DNA from: an uncultured bacterium
Lineage (GTDB): Bacteria > Krumholzibacteriota > Krumholzibacteriia > Krumholzibacteriales > CAZTHK01
Direction of reading: 5' to 3'
Length of the DNA stretch: 64,000 nt
Assembly (NCBI GenBank): GCA_964613215.1
Contig: CAZTHK010000001.1
Coordinates: 99,486 to 163,485, forward strand
Under the pieces are notes generated by a model. The model did not search any database, was not told the DNA's origin, and saw only the letters and a list, made by a program, of their open reading frames with translations. A program made the position numbers and the translations under genes. Shown here in pieces: positions 37,701 through 46,699 of the stretch (its first letter is position 1; each line of letters opens with the position of its first letter).

Positions 37701-37931
37701 AAGCTCCTCCGGGCCGAATTCGGTTTCATCTTCGGTGTGAAAAACGGGAGGGGGTGTATCCACCGGGCCAAGCTTCAACCACTCCGTTACCACTACCTTC
37801 TCACTAACCTCTTCTTCTGCTCTCAAAAGGTCAACGGAGCCGGAGATGGTGACAACTGTGAGTAATACCAGAAGGCCTGTTATAATTTGGCAATTCTCTG
37901 ACATGGCTTTTGATTCCTTTCCCGGATTCAA
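34776..37931 (-). CDS. Secreted S9 (prolyl oligopeptidase) family serine peptidase with beta-propeller and C-terminal thioredoxin-like (CxxS) domain
   Basis: Signal peptide. TolB-like propeller repeats. Ser nucleophile GASFGGFMTQ, Asp in HGTSDTNVP and His in GQNHF. C-terminal Trx fold …ITCIFGTWCSDS…ATFIIYRKGEELGR. Confidence 0.85.
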   Translation of the reverse strand: MNPGKESKAMSENCQIITGLLVLLTVVTISGSVDLLRAEEEVSEKVVVTEWLKLGPVDTPPPVFHTEDETEFGPEELLSFRHLMTDNIRPEEDTGVSLINNQKMEWEAVSCDTSGVILEEREDIPGIAYLSAYVEVPRWTEVIVNAHSTSPFRVNLGGEAVIKSTAGTSPEGTSGRAKLKRGKHLLMVKAVRTPSDTTEYWSVKIKLSSRYTSQPPRLSLSPVNTLNIHHIMDTPSIKGVEISPEGKHIALSLSEKNPPEGETERWIEIRTSRDGKLLQTIRDIGSYSGLKWAPEGNRLSYIKRDKKKGTIRILDLDSGESETVVKDVENLSSYSWSPNSSFIIYSVNRKPDSDKSGVKRLRGLSDRPGYARRHSDLYLVSVPGGIRRKLTSGKHSSYTADIHPSAESVLITRNYEDLSERPYSVSEMILIDLATHQSRILWKGHWLRGASWSPGGEKILVSAGPSAFGEKGVNLSNQSIPNDYDTQLYIYNPETDEVNALTAQFSPAIRRAVWNRKDGYIYAIAEHTSHVNLYRINPGGDEIELIRIDADVISGGDISRSSRLAVVEGVSADSPAALYLVDLDRDRSRIIFKPARETFSRIELGRVENWDFRSSGGDVIKGRIHYPPHFDQSRKYPCIVYYYGGTSPVNRSFGGRYPKNLWASMGYVVYVLQPSGATGFGQDFSARHVNDWGRTVSDEIIEGVEKFLAAHPFVDKEAVGCIGASFGGFMTQLLVTRTDIFAAAVSHAGISSITSYWGEGYWGYAYNAVSAANSFPWNRPDIYVQQSPLYSADQIHTPLLLLHGTSDTNVPPGESEQMYTALKILGREVEYLRFAGQNHFILEYKKRIKWSDAQLAWFDRWLKGQPEWWNDMYPPLEEEGTEAQESSAEALLEMETHKINIEGTGTLLLGNTSREDIEQNFPGWTDEYISYQPGEQTAGNIASRLQDVSITCIFGTWCSDSRRDVPRMWKILEMAGYPPSGMEMLAVASSRFTADMGIDQKLISWSDRIKEHYGVERVATFIIYRKGEELGRIIEKPRLSLEEDLFNILSR

Positions 37932-38353
37932 ATAAGACCCGTTTCAACTTTTATTATCAACCGGAGCAGAAATGGCCTTATCCGGTGGTGTAAGAGTTCT
38001 CATTTCGCTGAAGAAAGATAGTAAACAGATTGACCGGCAATTTCAAGTGTTGCTTTAAGCTGGCTGTTTTTCCGCAACATATGCCGGAGATATAGCCGGC
38101 ACAGCCTGGATGGTCATTCCCGGAGGCCGGGATCTTACCCGCCGTACAGATGGAATTAGGCGCCTCTGTTCCTCCAGAGACTGATGCGGTATTTTAAGGA
38201 AAGTTCTATTGCTTTATCCGGTATCAAAAATTAAATTACTCTAACACCGCGGGACCTGGGCGGGTGTCAGTCCCGGGGGGATATGAACAGGTTTTATAAT
38301 AAGCAGTTAATTGCCTCTGCAACTCTGTTCAGGCAATAGGAAAGGAGTCTCAC

Positions 38354-38878
38354 TTGGCAAAGAGAACATTAATTGCTTTAGCAACTGTTTTGCTGCTGTC
38401 TCTTCTGAGTGGTTGCGGGGGAGGCGGTGAGGATGGCAGGGAAGGCTCTGTCCGGTGGCACTCCTTTAACCGGGGGCTGGAACTTGCCAGGAAGGAGGGG
38501 AAACCTGTAGTAATAGATTTCTACACCTCCTGGTGCAAGTGGTGTAAGGTGATGGAAGAGAAGACATTTTCCCATCCCAAAGTGAGTGATTATCTCAGCA
38601 GGAATTTTGTGGCGGTAAGGATCGATGCTGAGAATCGAACCGGTGAGTTGAATTACAATGGAAATACCTACTCTCCCGTTCAGCTTACCAGAAATTTCGG
38701 GGTGAAGGGGTTTCCATCCATGGCCTACCTGGATAGCCAGGGCAAAAAGATCACGGTTATGCCCGGATATGTACCGCCGGAAACCTTCCTGGAGTTTCTG
38801 AAATATATTAACCGGGAATGCTATCGGAAGCAGATAAGCTTTAAGGAGTTCCAGAAGAGAGACGGAGATTGTGAATGA
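38354..38878 (+). CDS. Thioredoxin-like lipoprotein (WCKWC active site)
   Basis: Lipobox …LLSGC, and a Trx fold with FYTSWCKWCK. TTG start. Confidence 0.8.
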   Translation: MAKRTLIALATVLLLSLLSGCGGGGEDGREGSVRWHSFNRGLELARKEGKPVVIDFYTSWCKWCKVMEEKTFSHPKVSDYLSRNFVAVRIDAENRTGELNYNGNTYSPVQLTRNFGVKGFPSMAYLDSQGKKITVMPGYVPPETFLEFLKYINRECYRKQISFKEFQKRDGDCE

Positions 38879-39183
38879 CCCGGTCCGCAATTCTACTCTC
38901 CTGACCCCGGATAGTTTTTCATACGGATAACCCGGAAGGGGTGGATTTATCCCGGTTTATGAAATTATTCTTTAAGAGGCAGCCTGAGGCTGCTATATTA
39001 TCGAAAAGATTATCCGGCAAACCATCCGGATTAGAAGAAAAGAGCTATTGGGAATTTCTTGGTTAGAGAGGATGGTGATGGAAAGGTTGACAGGCGGAAC
39101 CGGATAGGGGATTTTACTTGATCCCCGCGGATTAATAGATGAAGAAATTGTTTTTACGCTAAGCAGTGATGAGGTGATATAAG

Positions 39184-40266
39184 ATGAGAATTGGTGTACT
39201 TACCGGTGGTGGAGATGCTCCGGGGTTGAATTCGGCCATAGCAGGTGTGGTAGAGAGAGCCTCCATGCTTGGCTATGAAGTAATTGGATTGAAAAGGGGA
39301 TGGGAATCATTATCTGTCCAGGACACCAGCCGTCATGTGGTGGAACTGAATGCAGGAGTTATTCGTGAGTACAGCCGCCTGGGGGGAAGTAAGCTTCAGT
39401 GCAGCCGGGTTAATCCGGTGAAGGAGGATAATGACCGCACTGATCTGGTAAAGAAGAACTCGAAAAAACTGGGTCTGGATGCTCTGGTGGCAATCGGTGG
39501 AGATGATACCCTGGGAGCAGGAGCAACCTTGTGGGAGAGAGGGGTGCCGGTAGTGGGTATCCCCAAGACCATAGACCGGGATCTATATGGCACTGAGTAT
39601 TCCCTGGGTTATGATACCGCCCTGAATATCATCTGTGACAGCGCAGAGAAGATCTCTCATACCGCCCAGTCCCACCAGACTATCTTTCTGCTGGAGGTAA
39701 TGGGCAGGCATGCCGGTTGGCTTGCCTTGAGAGGCGGGGAAGCTGCTTATGCTGATGTGATACTGATACCGGAATGCCCCTTTACCCTGGATCAGCTCTC
39801 CGGGGTGTTGAAGCAGAAGCTGGAAAATAGCAGCAAGTACGGTCTGGAAAATCTCTACAAGCTGATAGTGGTGGCTGAAGGCGCTCATATCAGAGGTGAA
39901 GATGCGGTAAGGAGGGACAGCAGAATCGATGAATTCGGCCATTTCAGTCTGGGCGGGGTGGGTAACTACATCAAGACTCTGCTGGAACATGATTTCGAGC
40001 ATACCCGTTACACCGCCCTGGCCTATCTTCAGAGGGGGGCGCCCCCTTCTCAGAAGGATCGCCAGATAGGCAGGCGGTTTGGTCATAATGCTGTAGAGAT
40101 GATAAAGAACGGGGACATAGGTTATTATGTAGCTCTTCAGAAATCACGGCTTACCAAGGTGGAGCTCAAGGAGATTAAAAAATCCCCCTCCCTGGTGGAT
40201 GTGGACAAGCATTATGATAAGGAGAATCTGAACGTTAAGATCGAATGGACCGACGTGGACAGGTAA
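39184..40266 (+). CDS. pfk: 6-phosphofructokinase (GGDDT variant suggests PPi-dependent type)
   Basis: MRIGVLTGGGDAPGLNSAI…, GGDDTLG and MGRHAGWLA motifs. Confidence 0.9.
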   Translation: MRIGVLTGGGDAPGLNSAIAGVVERASMLGYEVIGLKRGWESLSVQDTSRHVVELNAGVIREYSRLGGSKLQCSRVNPVKEDNDRTDLVKKNSKKLGLDALVAIGGDDTLGAGATLWERGVPVVGIPKTIDRDLYGTEYSLGYDTALNIICDSAEKISHTAQSHQTIFLLEVMGRHAGWLALRGGEAAYADVILIPECPFTLDQLSGVLKQKLENSSKYGLENLYKLIVVAEGAHIRGEDAVRRDSRIDEFGHFSLGGVGNYIKTLLEHDFEHTRYTALAYLQRGAPPSQKDRQIGRRFGHNAVEMIKNGDIGYYVALQKSRLTKVELKEIKKSPSLVDVDKHYDKENLNVKIEWTDVDR

Positions 40267-40337
40267 AGGTCAGGATAATTCCTGAACGGATGGATTTATC
40301 CTGGCGCAGCCCGGGCAAGGGCGGGTTTGAATTGAGT

Positions 40338-41492
40338 CTATCCATGATTTCGATTGAACAGGGCAACCAGCTCGGTATGGTATGTAGCCGGGAACAGATC
40401 GATCATATATATCTGTGAGATTTTAAGCCCGCCCCTGATAAGCCTGGCTGCATCCCTGGCGAAGGTGGGGGGTTCACAGGAAATAATAACAATCTGCTCC
40501 GGCTTCAGGGATAGAATTCTTTTAAGTGCGGTTCTGGAAATTCCCTCCCTGGGAGCATCTGCTACAACAGTATCCATCTGATTGAAATCCTTCAGGGCCT
40601 CCCCGATCTCTCCTCTCCTGAAAGATACGTTCTTCCTGCCGTTCAGCCTGGCTGCCGCTTTGGCATTGTCGACCGCCTCCCGGTCTATCTCTATTCCGGC
40701 AGCTTCGGTAACACCGGTGGAGAGGGGAAGGGTAAAGAACCCGCAGCCGCAGTAAAGATCCAGTATCTTTCTCCGGCCGCCCGGAGTAAGGGATTGGACC
40801 AGATCGATCAGCCTGTCATTGAGAAGGCGGTTGACCTGGAAGAATCCATCCGGGCTTACCGGGTAGACGAATCCGTTTGCTGACATCAGTATGTCCGGTG
40901 CTCCCGGTTGATCCCTCAGACCCCAGAAGTTCACTGCTCCGAATTTATCCAGCCGGACCCTGATCTCCCCCCCGGGGGGAAAGGATTGCCGGGGGAGTTC
41001 CCCAATAGCTCTCCTTACCTCCGCCGGAAGAAGTGGACACCCTCCCGGCGGGAAGGGGACTACACGTGATGATCCCGCCTCCAGGAAACCGGGTTGACCC
41101 TCTGCGGTCAGCCTGAAGACAGCATGGTTTCTGTATCCCCACCTTTCCGGAGAGGGGATGATACCGGTCAGGGAGGTGGATATTTTTCCGATCCGCTGAA
41201 GTGTTTCCAAAACACTTTTTCTCTTTATTTCTATTTCGTCCCGGTAACTTACATGCAGAAGATGGCAACCACCGCATCTGCCGAAAACATCACACCGAGG
41301 TTGGCGTCTGAGGGGTGAAGGTTTTACTACCTCTTTGAGTTCACAGAAATGGGTGTTTTTACTCCTGCGGTATGATGAAAACCTTACCCGGTCCCCCTCT
41401 GCGGTGTATGGAATAAACAGGGTTTTTCCCTGGTGATGGGCCAGTCCCCACCCTCCATAAACGACCTTTTTTATCTCTGCGATTCCTTCCAT
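40338..41492 (-). CDS. RumA/RlmD-family 23S rRNA (uracil-5)-methyltransferase (TRAM domain + 4Cys Fe-S + class I MTase)
   Basis: Cys cluster C…CGGCHLLH, SAM motif DLYCGCGFF, and the catalytic C-terminus. Confidence 0.85.
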   Translation of the reverse strand: MEGIAEIKKVVYGGWGLAHHQGKTLFIPYTAEGDRVRFSSYRRSKNTHFCELKEVVKPSPLRRQPRCDVFGRCGGCHLLHVSYRDEIEIKRKSVLETLQRIGKISTSLTGIIPSPERWGYRNHAVFRLTAEGQPGFLEAGSSRVVPFPPGGCPLLPAEVRRAIGELPRQSFPPGGEIRVRLDKFGAVNFWGLRDQPGAPDILMSANGFVYPVSPDGFFQVNRLLNDRLIDLVQSLTPGGRRKILDLYCGCGFFTLPLSTGVTEAAGIEIDREAVDNAKAAARLNGRKNVSFRRGEIGEALKDFNQMDTVVADAPREGISRTALKRILSLKPEQIVIISCEPPTFARDAARLIRGGLKISQIYMIDLFPATYHTELVALFNRNHG

Positions 41493-41783
41493 GACGTTGC
41501 CCCTGAGAATCCTCCCTGTTGAATATTCAGATTCCTGGCCGGTTCACCTTCTTTCTGAGGGGGTGATAAGTCCGGAGGCTCACTTCATTATAACTGTAGT
41601 TCAGCTATTTTTCAATCTATCTGACCGGTGCTGGTAACTGGTGATTCCGGGCCACTGCCATCCCTCGCCGGTTGGATTACCCCTGGACGGTGACAGGAAC
41701 TGATGTTTGATCTTTATTTTATCGATTTGTTTGCTTATACTTGTCCGGAGTTTCAGACAGCTGTATGGGAGGAAAGAAGGATT

Positions 41784-42893
41784 ATGAAAGTTAAACTCCT
41801 GGATCTGGTGCCTCAGTACAATGAGATAAAGGATGAAATAGAACGGGCTGTATCGGAGGTATTGTCGTCACAACAGTTTATTCTGGGAGAAAAGGTGGAG
41901 GAGCTGGAGAGGGTGATAGCAGAATACTGCAGGGTGAAATCGGCTGTAGCGGTAGCATCGGGTTCGGATGCTATCCTTCTTTCGCTTATGGCTATGGGGG
42001 TGGGTGAAGGGGATGAGGTTATTACCACTCCCTATACCTTCTTCTCCACGGTAAGTTGTATTACCCGGCTGGGAGCCAGGCCGGTTTTCGTGGACATAGA
42101 TCCACGCACATTCAATATCGATCCGGGGGGAATTGAAGATGCCCTCACCGGCAGGACCAGGGCTATCATACCAGTCCACCTTTACGGACAGATGGCCGGG
42201 ATGGGTGAGATAATGGCTCTGGCCCGGTCAGCCGGGGTGGGGGTGATTGAGGATGCCTGCCAATCCATGGGTGCATCCAGAAAGGGCAGGAAGGCAGGTT
42301 CGATAGGGGGTTGCGGATGTTTCTCCTTCTTTCCCTCCAAGAACCTGGGGGGGTATGGGGATGGAGGGATGGTGGTTACCGGAGATCCGCAACTGGCGGA
42401 AAGGATAGGTATCCTTCATCTTCACGGTATCAGGGATAGATACTATCATCATCTGATCGGTATCAACAGCAGGCTGGACGCAATGCAGGCCGCTGTTCTT
42501 CTGGTAAAGGTGAAATATCTGGACAAATGGAATGATAGCCGGAGGGTAAAGGCGGAGTATTATAACAATAAGCTGAAGGATGTGGAGGGAATTACCGTTC
42601 CCTTCTGTGAAAAGGATAACAGGTGTGTGTATCATCAGTATGTAATACGCAGCGGCAGGAGAGATGAGCTGAAGGGTTTCCTGGACAGCAAAGGAGTGGG
42701 AACCGGCCTGTACTATCCGGTGCCACTCCACCTGCAGAGATGTTTCTCTTTTCTGGGATACCAACAGGGGGATTTTCCCCGGGCCGAAAGAGCTGCCAGG
42801 GAGACTCTGGCCATTCCGGTATATCCGGAGCTCAGCCGGAAAGAGCAGGATTATGTCATCGGTGCTATCAGGGAGTTTTCCGGTCCGGGTTAG
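41784..42893 (+). CDS. DegT/DnrJ/EryC1/StrS-family PLP-dependent sugar aminotransferase
   Basis: Typical N-terminus LDLVPQYNEIKDEI…, …ASGSDAILL…. ATG 41784 has an RBS GGAAAGAAGG; the ORF opens at 41703. Confidence 0.85.
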   Translation: MKVKLLDLVPQYNEIKDEIERAVSEVLSSQQFILGEKVEELERVIAEYCRVKSAVAVASGSDAILLSLMAMGVGEGDEVITTPYTFFSTVSCITRLGARPVFVDIDPRTFNIDPGGIEDALTGRTRAIIPVHLYGQMAGMGEIMALARSAGVGVIEDACQSMGASRKGRKAGSIGGCGCFSFFPSKNLGGYGDGGMVVTGDPQLAERIGILHLHGIRDRYYHHLIGINSRLDAMQAAVLLVKVKYLDKWNDSRRVKAEYYNNKLKDVEGITVPFCEKDNRCVYHQYVIRSGRRDELKGFLDSKGVGTGLYYPVPLHLQRCFSFLGYQQGDFPRAERAARETLAIPVYPELSRKEQDYVIGAIREFSGPG

Positions 42894-42934
42894 AATCTGT
42901 TTTTCTTAACAGGCTTATCAGGGAGGGACCCAGG

Positions 42935-44077
42935 GTGAAGATAGTATGTTTCTCCGAGATACAGTGGAGATACGTCAGAACCAGGAAGCAGCAGATTCTG
43001 AGCAGGTTTCCGGATGACTGGGAAATCCTGTTCCTTTCCACTGTGGTAGCCGGAAAGAAGAACAATTTTCTTCCACGCCGGGAGGGAAGGGTTACCCATC
43101 TCTGCGTGCCGGTAATGAAGAATTTTCCCCAGCCCTCCCTGCGCTTTCTATTCTCTCTTCCTCCGGTAAGGTTTATGTGGAACATCCTTGTTTATCTGTG
43201 GGTCGCCGTGGCCATGGCGGCTACCGGTTTCAGCGGCCGGGGGAGGGTTTTTTATGTCTCCAATATCTATTACGCCCGGGTTTTGCCACTGTTAAGAAGG
43301 CGGTTGATGCTCTACGACTGTAATGACTATCCCATGGGATTTCCCGGAACCCCGGAGTGGGCGGAAGGATATTTCAGAAAACTGGTTTCCCATGCAGACC
43401 TGGTGGTTGCAGTAAGCGAGGGATTGATTAATAAGCTTAAGGAATTGGGAGTGAGTAAGGTTCATCACATTCCCAACGGAGTGGATTACTCTCTGTTCAG
43501 AGAGGCGGCGGAGGGTGGGACGCCGGCTGAAATGGAGGACCTGCCATCACCTGTGCTGGGCTATGCCGGATCCATAGCGGAGTGGTTCGATATGGAACTG
43601 GTAAGGAGGATATCGGAGAAATTCTCCAATGGTTGCGTGGTTTTGATCGGTCCGGTGTTTCAGAGCAGAAGGGAAGAGCTGGACGAAATGCTGCGGGAAC
43701 GGAGCAATGTATATCATCTGGGTCCCAAACCCTACCGGGAACTGGGCGCATATGTAAGCTCATTCGATGTATCATTGATACCACTCCGGGTAACTGAATT
43801 GAGGAGGATGGCCGATCCCAATAAACTGTATGAATATTCCTCGGTGGAAAAACCTATAGTAACCATGCTGTTCTCGACTGATATGAAAAAATACGGTGAT
43901 TTTGTCTATCTGGCCGAGGATGAAGATCAGTTCATAAAAGGGGTAAGTAGAGCGCTGAAGGAGGGTGTGGACAGGGATAAGATGAGGAAATTCGCCCTCA
44001 GCAGCAGCTGGCAGAGCAGGGCGAATGATATGGCAGAGCTGATAATTAAGACTGCCGGGAAGAAAGAGAGAGGATAG
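42935..44077 (+). CDS. GT-B fold glycosyltransferase (GT1/GT4-like)
   Basis: GTG start at 42935 after GGGAGGGA. C-terminal nucleotide-sugar-binding region …NKLYEYSSVEKPIV…. Confidence 0.7.
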   Translation: MKIVCFSEIQWRYVRTRKQQILSRFPDDWEILFLSTVVAGKKNNFLPRREGRVTHLCVPVMKNFPQPSLRFLFSLPPVRFMWNILVYLWVAVAMAATGFSGRGRVFYVSNIYYARVLPLLRRRLMLYDCNDYPMGFPGTPEWAEGYFRKLVSHADLVVAVSEGLINKLKELGVSKVHHIPNGVDYSLFREAAEGGTPAEMEDLPSPVLGYAGSIAEWFDMELVRRISEKFSNGCVVLIGPVFQSRREELDEMLRERSNVYHLGPKPYRELGAYVSSFDVSLIPLRVTELRRMADPNKLYEYSSVEKPIVTMLFSTDMKKYGDFVYLAEDEDQFIKGVSRALKEGVDRDKMRKFALSSSWQSRANDMAELIIKTAGKKERG

Positions 44078-44096
44078 TTCTTTTACTGCGCTGCCG

Positions 44097-45704
44097 TTAT
44101 ATTGAGGCCGGACCGGCAGGCTGAAGGGATTGCTCTATCTGGTCGCGTGTTTCCAGCAGCCGGTTGGCCCATTGGGGATCAATGCTGAGCCGGGTTGCTT
44201 CCTCCAGGGAAGTTATGGCGCCCCGGGGATCATCCAGCTGGTAGGCCTGTAATTTAGCCAGGGCGATGGATGCCTTTACCATTATCTGGGGACTGGCATC
44301 ATCATCCAGGATGGCTCTGTATAGATCGTGAGCCTCTCCGAAGCGCTGATTATTTGTCATCCACCTGGCAATTCTAATTATATAGCGCGAATTCACCGGC
44401 AGCTTTTCCCCTTGAGACATGAAGATATTTATCAACTGGATAGCTTCCTCATACCTTGAATCTATCAGAAGTATCTTCACAGCCCGGTTGGTCAATTCCA
44501 GGGATTCTTCGGTGAAACCATTTTCACGGTACAGAATTGCAGTATCCTGGAGGAGGTCGGGATCTTCGGGGTTTTCCTTTATCAGTTGATCGAGCAGCAT
44601 CCTGGCCCTTTCCCTGTTGCCATTCTGCATCTGTTCACATGCCCTGGTGAAACGGGGATCTTTCAGTACTCCCGCCTTTATCCGCTTACTATCGATTCTG
44701 GGGGCTATGTATTTCTCCTCCACACCGGTGGCCCTGAATGTCAGGGCGGTGCAGAGCCCGGCCAGATATCCTCCGATATGCGCCATGTAGGCAACCCCGG
44801 TACCGCCGATACGGTCGGCGAGGTATTTGTAGGCCAGTTGCTGCAGAAACCAGAAGGGGAGAAAAACGAAGGCGGGCAGATGGAACGTTCCCCAGTAGGG
44901 ACGGAAAAAGAACATGAAGAAGTAAAAGAATTTTATTTTAGTCCAGAAATGACGGACAGTAAATGCTCCCATGGCGGCTGCAATCGAACCGGAGGCTCCT
45001 ATCAGCGGTTGAACCGAGGAGGTATCCTGAAAACAGTGCACCAGCCCGGCCACCACTCCTCCCAGCAGATAGAAGGATAGAAAATTCATCCTTCCCCAGC
45101 TGTCTTCCAGAAGGCAGCCCACCACCCAAAGAAAGATAATATTACCGATAAGGTGCCATATGCCGCCGTGCAGAAACTGATAGGTAATAAATGTGTGAAC
45201 CCGGTGCATCTTCTGAGGTATCAAACCGAGGCTGTGATTTACATTCCGGCTCATAATCTGATCTTCTTCTGCTTTCAGCTTCTTCCACTCCTTCAGAAGC
45301 CAGCCGGAATCCGTAAAGCTGCTCTGGTAATATTCCTCTCCTCTATTATCCAGTTCAGTGCCGTATTCCTCCAGTTGGCTGTAATCGATCCCCAGGTAGG
45401 CGAGCACAGTATAGAGGCGGCAGTTTAGCTGATCGTAACTTCGTGCTCCGGCCAGCTCTTCTATATTTTCATCCAGTTCCCTCTCCACATATGGATTATC
45501 GGGTAATTCCCCCCGGTGATCGGATATGTAGAGTTTCAGCTGCCTGGCCAGCCTGTTCTTCTGGACGTCAAACAGTTCGTCCTGGGTATTCAGCATAAGG
45601 GGGATGGTGATAATGGCAATTACTATATTTACCACTATCAGGCCGATGGTGAGCTTAGGTTTTAGGGCCAGTTCCGATTTTGTTCCTATGGGGATGAGAA
45701 ACAT
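44097..45704 (-). CDS. Rhomboid-family intramembrane serine protease with C-terminal TPR repeats
   Basis: Rhomboid GxSG (IGASGSIAA) and catalytic His (AHIGGYLAG) in TM helices. A TPR-like C-terminal half. Confidence 0.8.
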   Translation of the reverse strand: MFLIPIGTKSELALKPKLTIGLIVVNIVIAIITIPLMLNTQDELFDVQKNRLARQLKLYISDHRGELPDNPYVERELDENIEELAGARSYDQLNCRLYTVLAYLGIDYSQLEEYGTELDNRGEEYYQSSFTDSGWLLKEWKKLKAEEDQIMSRNVNHSLGLIPQKMHRVHTFITYQFLHGGIWHLIGNIIFLWVVGCLLEDSWGRMNFLSFYLLGGVVAGLVHCFQDTSSVQPLIGASGSIAAAMGAFTVRHFWTKIKFFYFFMFFFRPYWGTFHLPAFVFLPFWFLQQLAYKYLADRIGGTGVAYMAHIGGYLAGLCTALTFRATGVEEKYIAPRIDSKRIKAGVLKDPRFTRACEQMQNGNRERARMLLDQLIKENPEDPDLLQDTAILYRENGFTEESLELTNRAVKILLIDSRYEEAIQLINIFMSQGEKLPVNSRYIIRIARWMTNNQRFGEAHDLYRAILDDDASPQIMVKASIALAKLQAYQLDDPRGAITSLEEATRLSIDPQWANRLLETRDQIEQSLQPAGPASI

Positions 45705-46027
45705 AATATTAGTCTCTTTCTGCTATCTGCTGTTTTTGCGGATGTTCAGTCTGTTCATATGGCCGCCGGCATGAATCTTGTCCTTATTGCTGCTCAATTA
45801 GTTGAGTTTCTTGCAAATTGATAAACTGAAGGGTCGATAAGCCGGTCAGTTTGATCCTTTCATAAGTCCTGACTACGGGCTATATATAAAGTTACAGTAA
45901 TGCTGCCTGTCCGGGGACAGTTACGTTGAGTTAATGAGCAAAAAGAGTTCCATTTATTCCCTGATCATACAGTCTGATTAACCGGGCAGGTAATGATACT
46001 GGCTGGCCTTTGGCACTGTGCGGTTTT

Positions 46028-46699
46028 TCAGGATTTTGCCCCTGCCAGCCGGTGGGCTGCTCTCAGTGGTTCCGGTATCCTGTATCTTGGGGTACATTGG
46101 AGGACCAGCCTGACCGCTCTTCTGATATTAATCCGGTGACCTACCGAGATATACAGGGGACGGGTATTATCCCTGGTTCGCAGGACTTTCCCGATAGTTC
46201 TTTCTCTTTCATCCCTGATAGAGGTCCGGTCGCCCTTCACTGGTCCCGGTTCCCGGAAGTTGCCGTAGAGGGGAGACTTGGCACAACCGATGGTTGGAGT
46301 GTCCAGAATCAGGCCGATATGACTGGCCAGGCCGAGTCCCCTGGGGTGGGCGATTCCCTGGCCGTCACAGAGTATGAGGTCGGGACGGTGTACCAGTTTT
46401 TTCCAGGCTTCCAGAAGGGATGGTATCTCCCGGAAGGAAAGGAGACCGGGGATATAGGGCAGATTACACGGTATCTCAACAACTTTTGATTCCACCTCCT
46501 CGAGATTTCTCATCCCCAGAAGGACGATGGCTGCCCTGGCGGTATTTCTGGAGGGAAAGTGTACGTCCATGCCTCCCACCAGATTTACCCGGCGGCCATC
46601 CCATCTCCTGCTCACCAGTTTTCTGAGTCTCTTCTGCTGGCGAATGCCTTCAGAAGGGGTAACATCCAGGTAATTGATCAGCTTACTGTTTAATTTCAT
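46028..46699 (-). CDS. nfi: Endonuclease V (deoxyinosine 3' endonuclease)
   Basis: …LVGGMDVHF…LILCDGQGIAHPRGLGLASHIGL… endonuclease V signature. 17-nt overlap with the upstream gene. Confidence 0.85.
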   Translation of the reverse strand: MKLNSKLINYLDVTPSEGIRQQKRLRKLVSRRWDGRRVNLVGGMDVHFPSRNTARAAIVLLGMRNLEEVESKVVEIPCNLPYIPGLLSFREIPSLLEAWKKLVHRPDLILCDGQGIAHPRGLGLASHIGLILDTPTIGCAKSPLYGNFREPGPVKGDRTSIRDERERTIGKVLRTRDNTRPLYISVGHRINIRRAVRLVLQCTPRYRIPEPLRAAHRLAGAKS

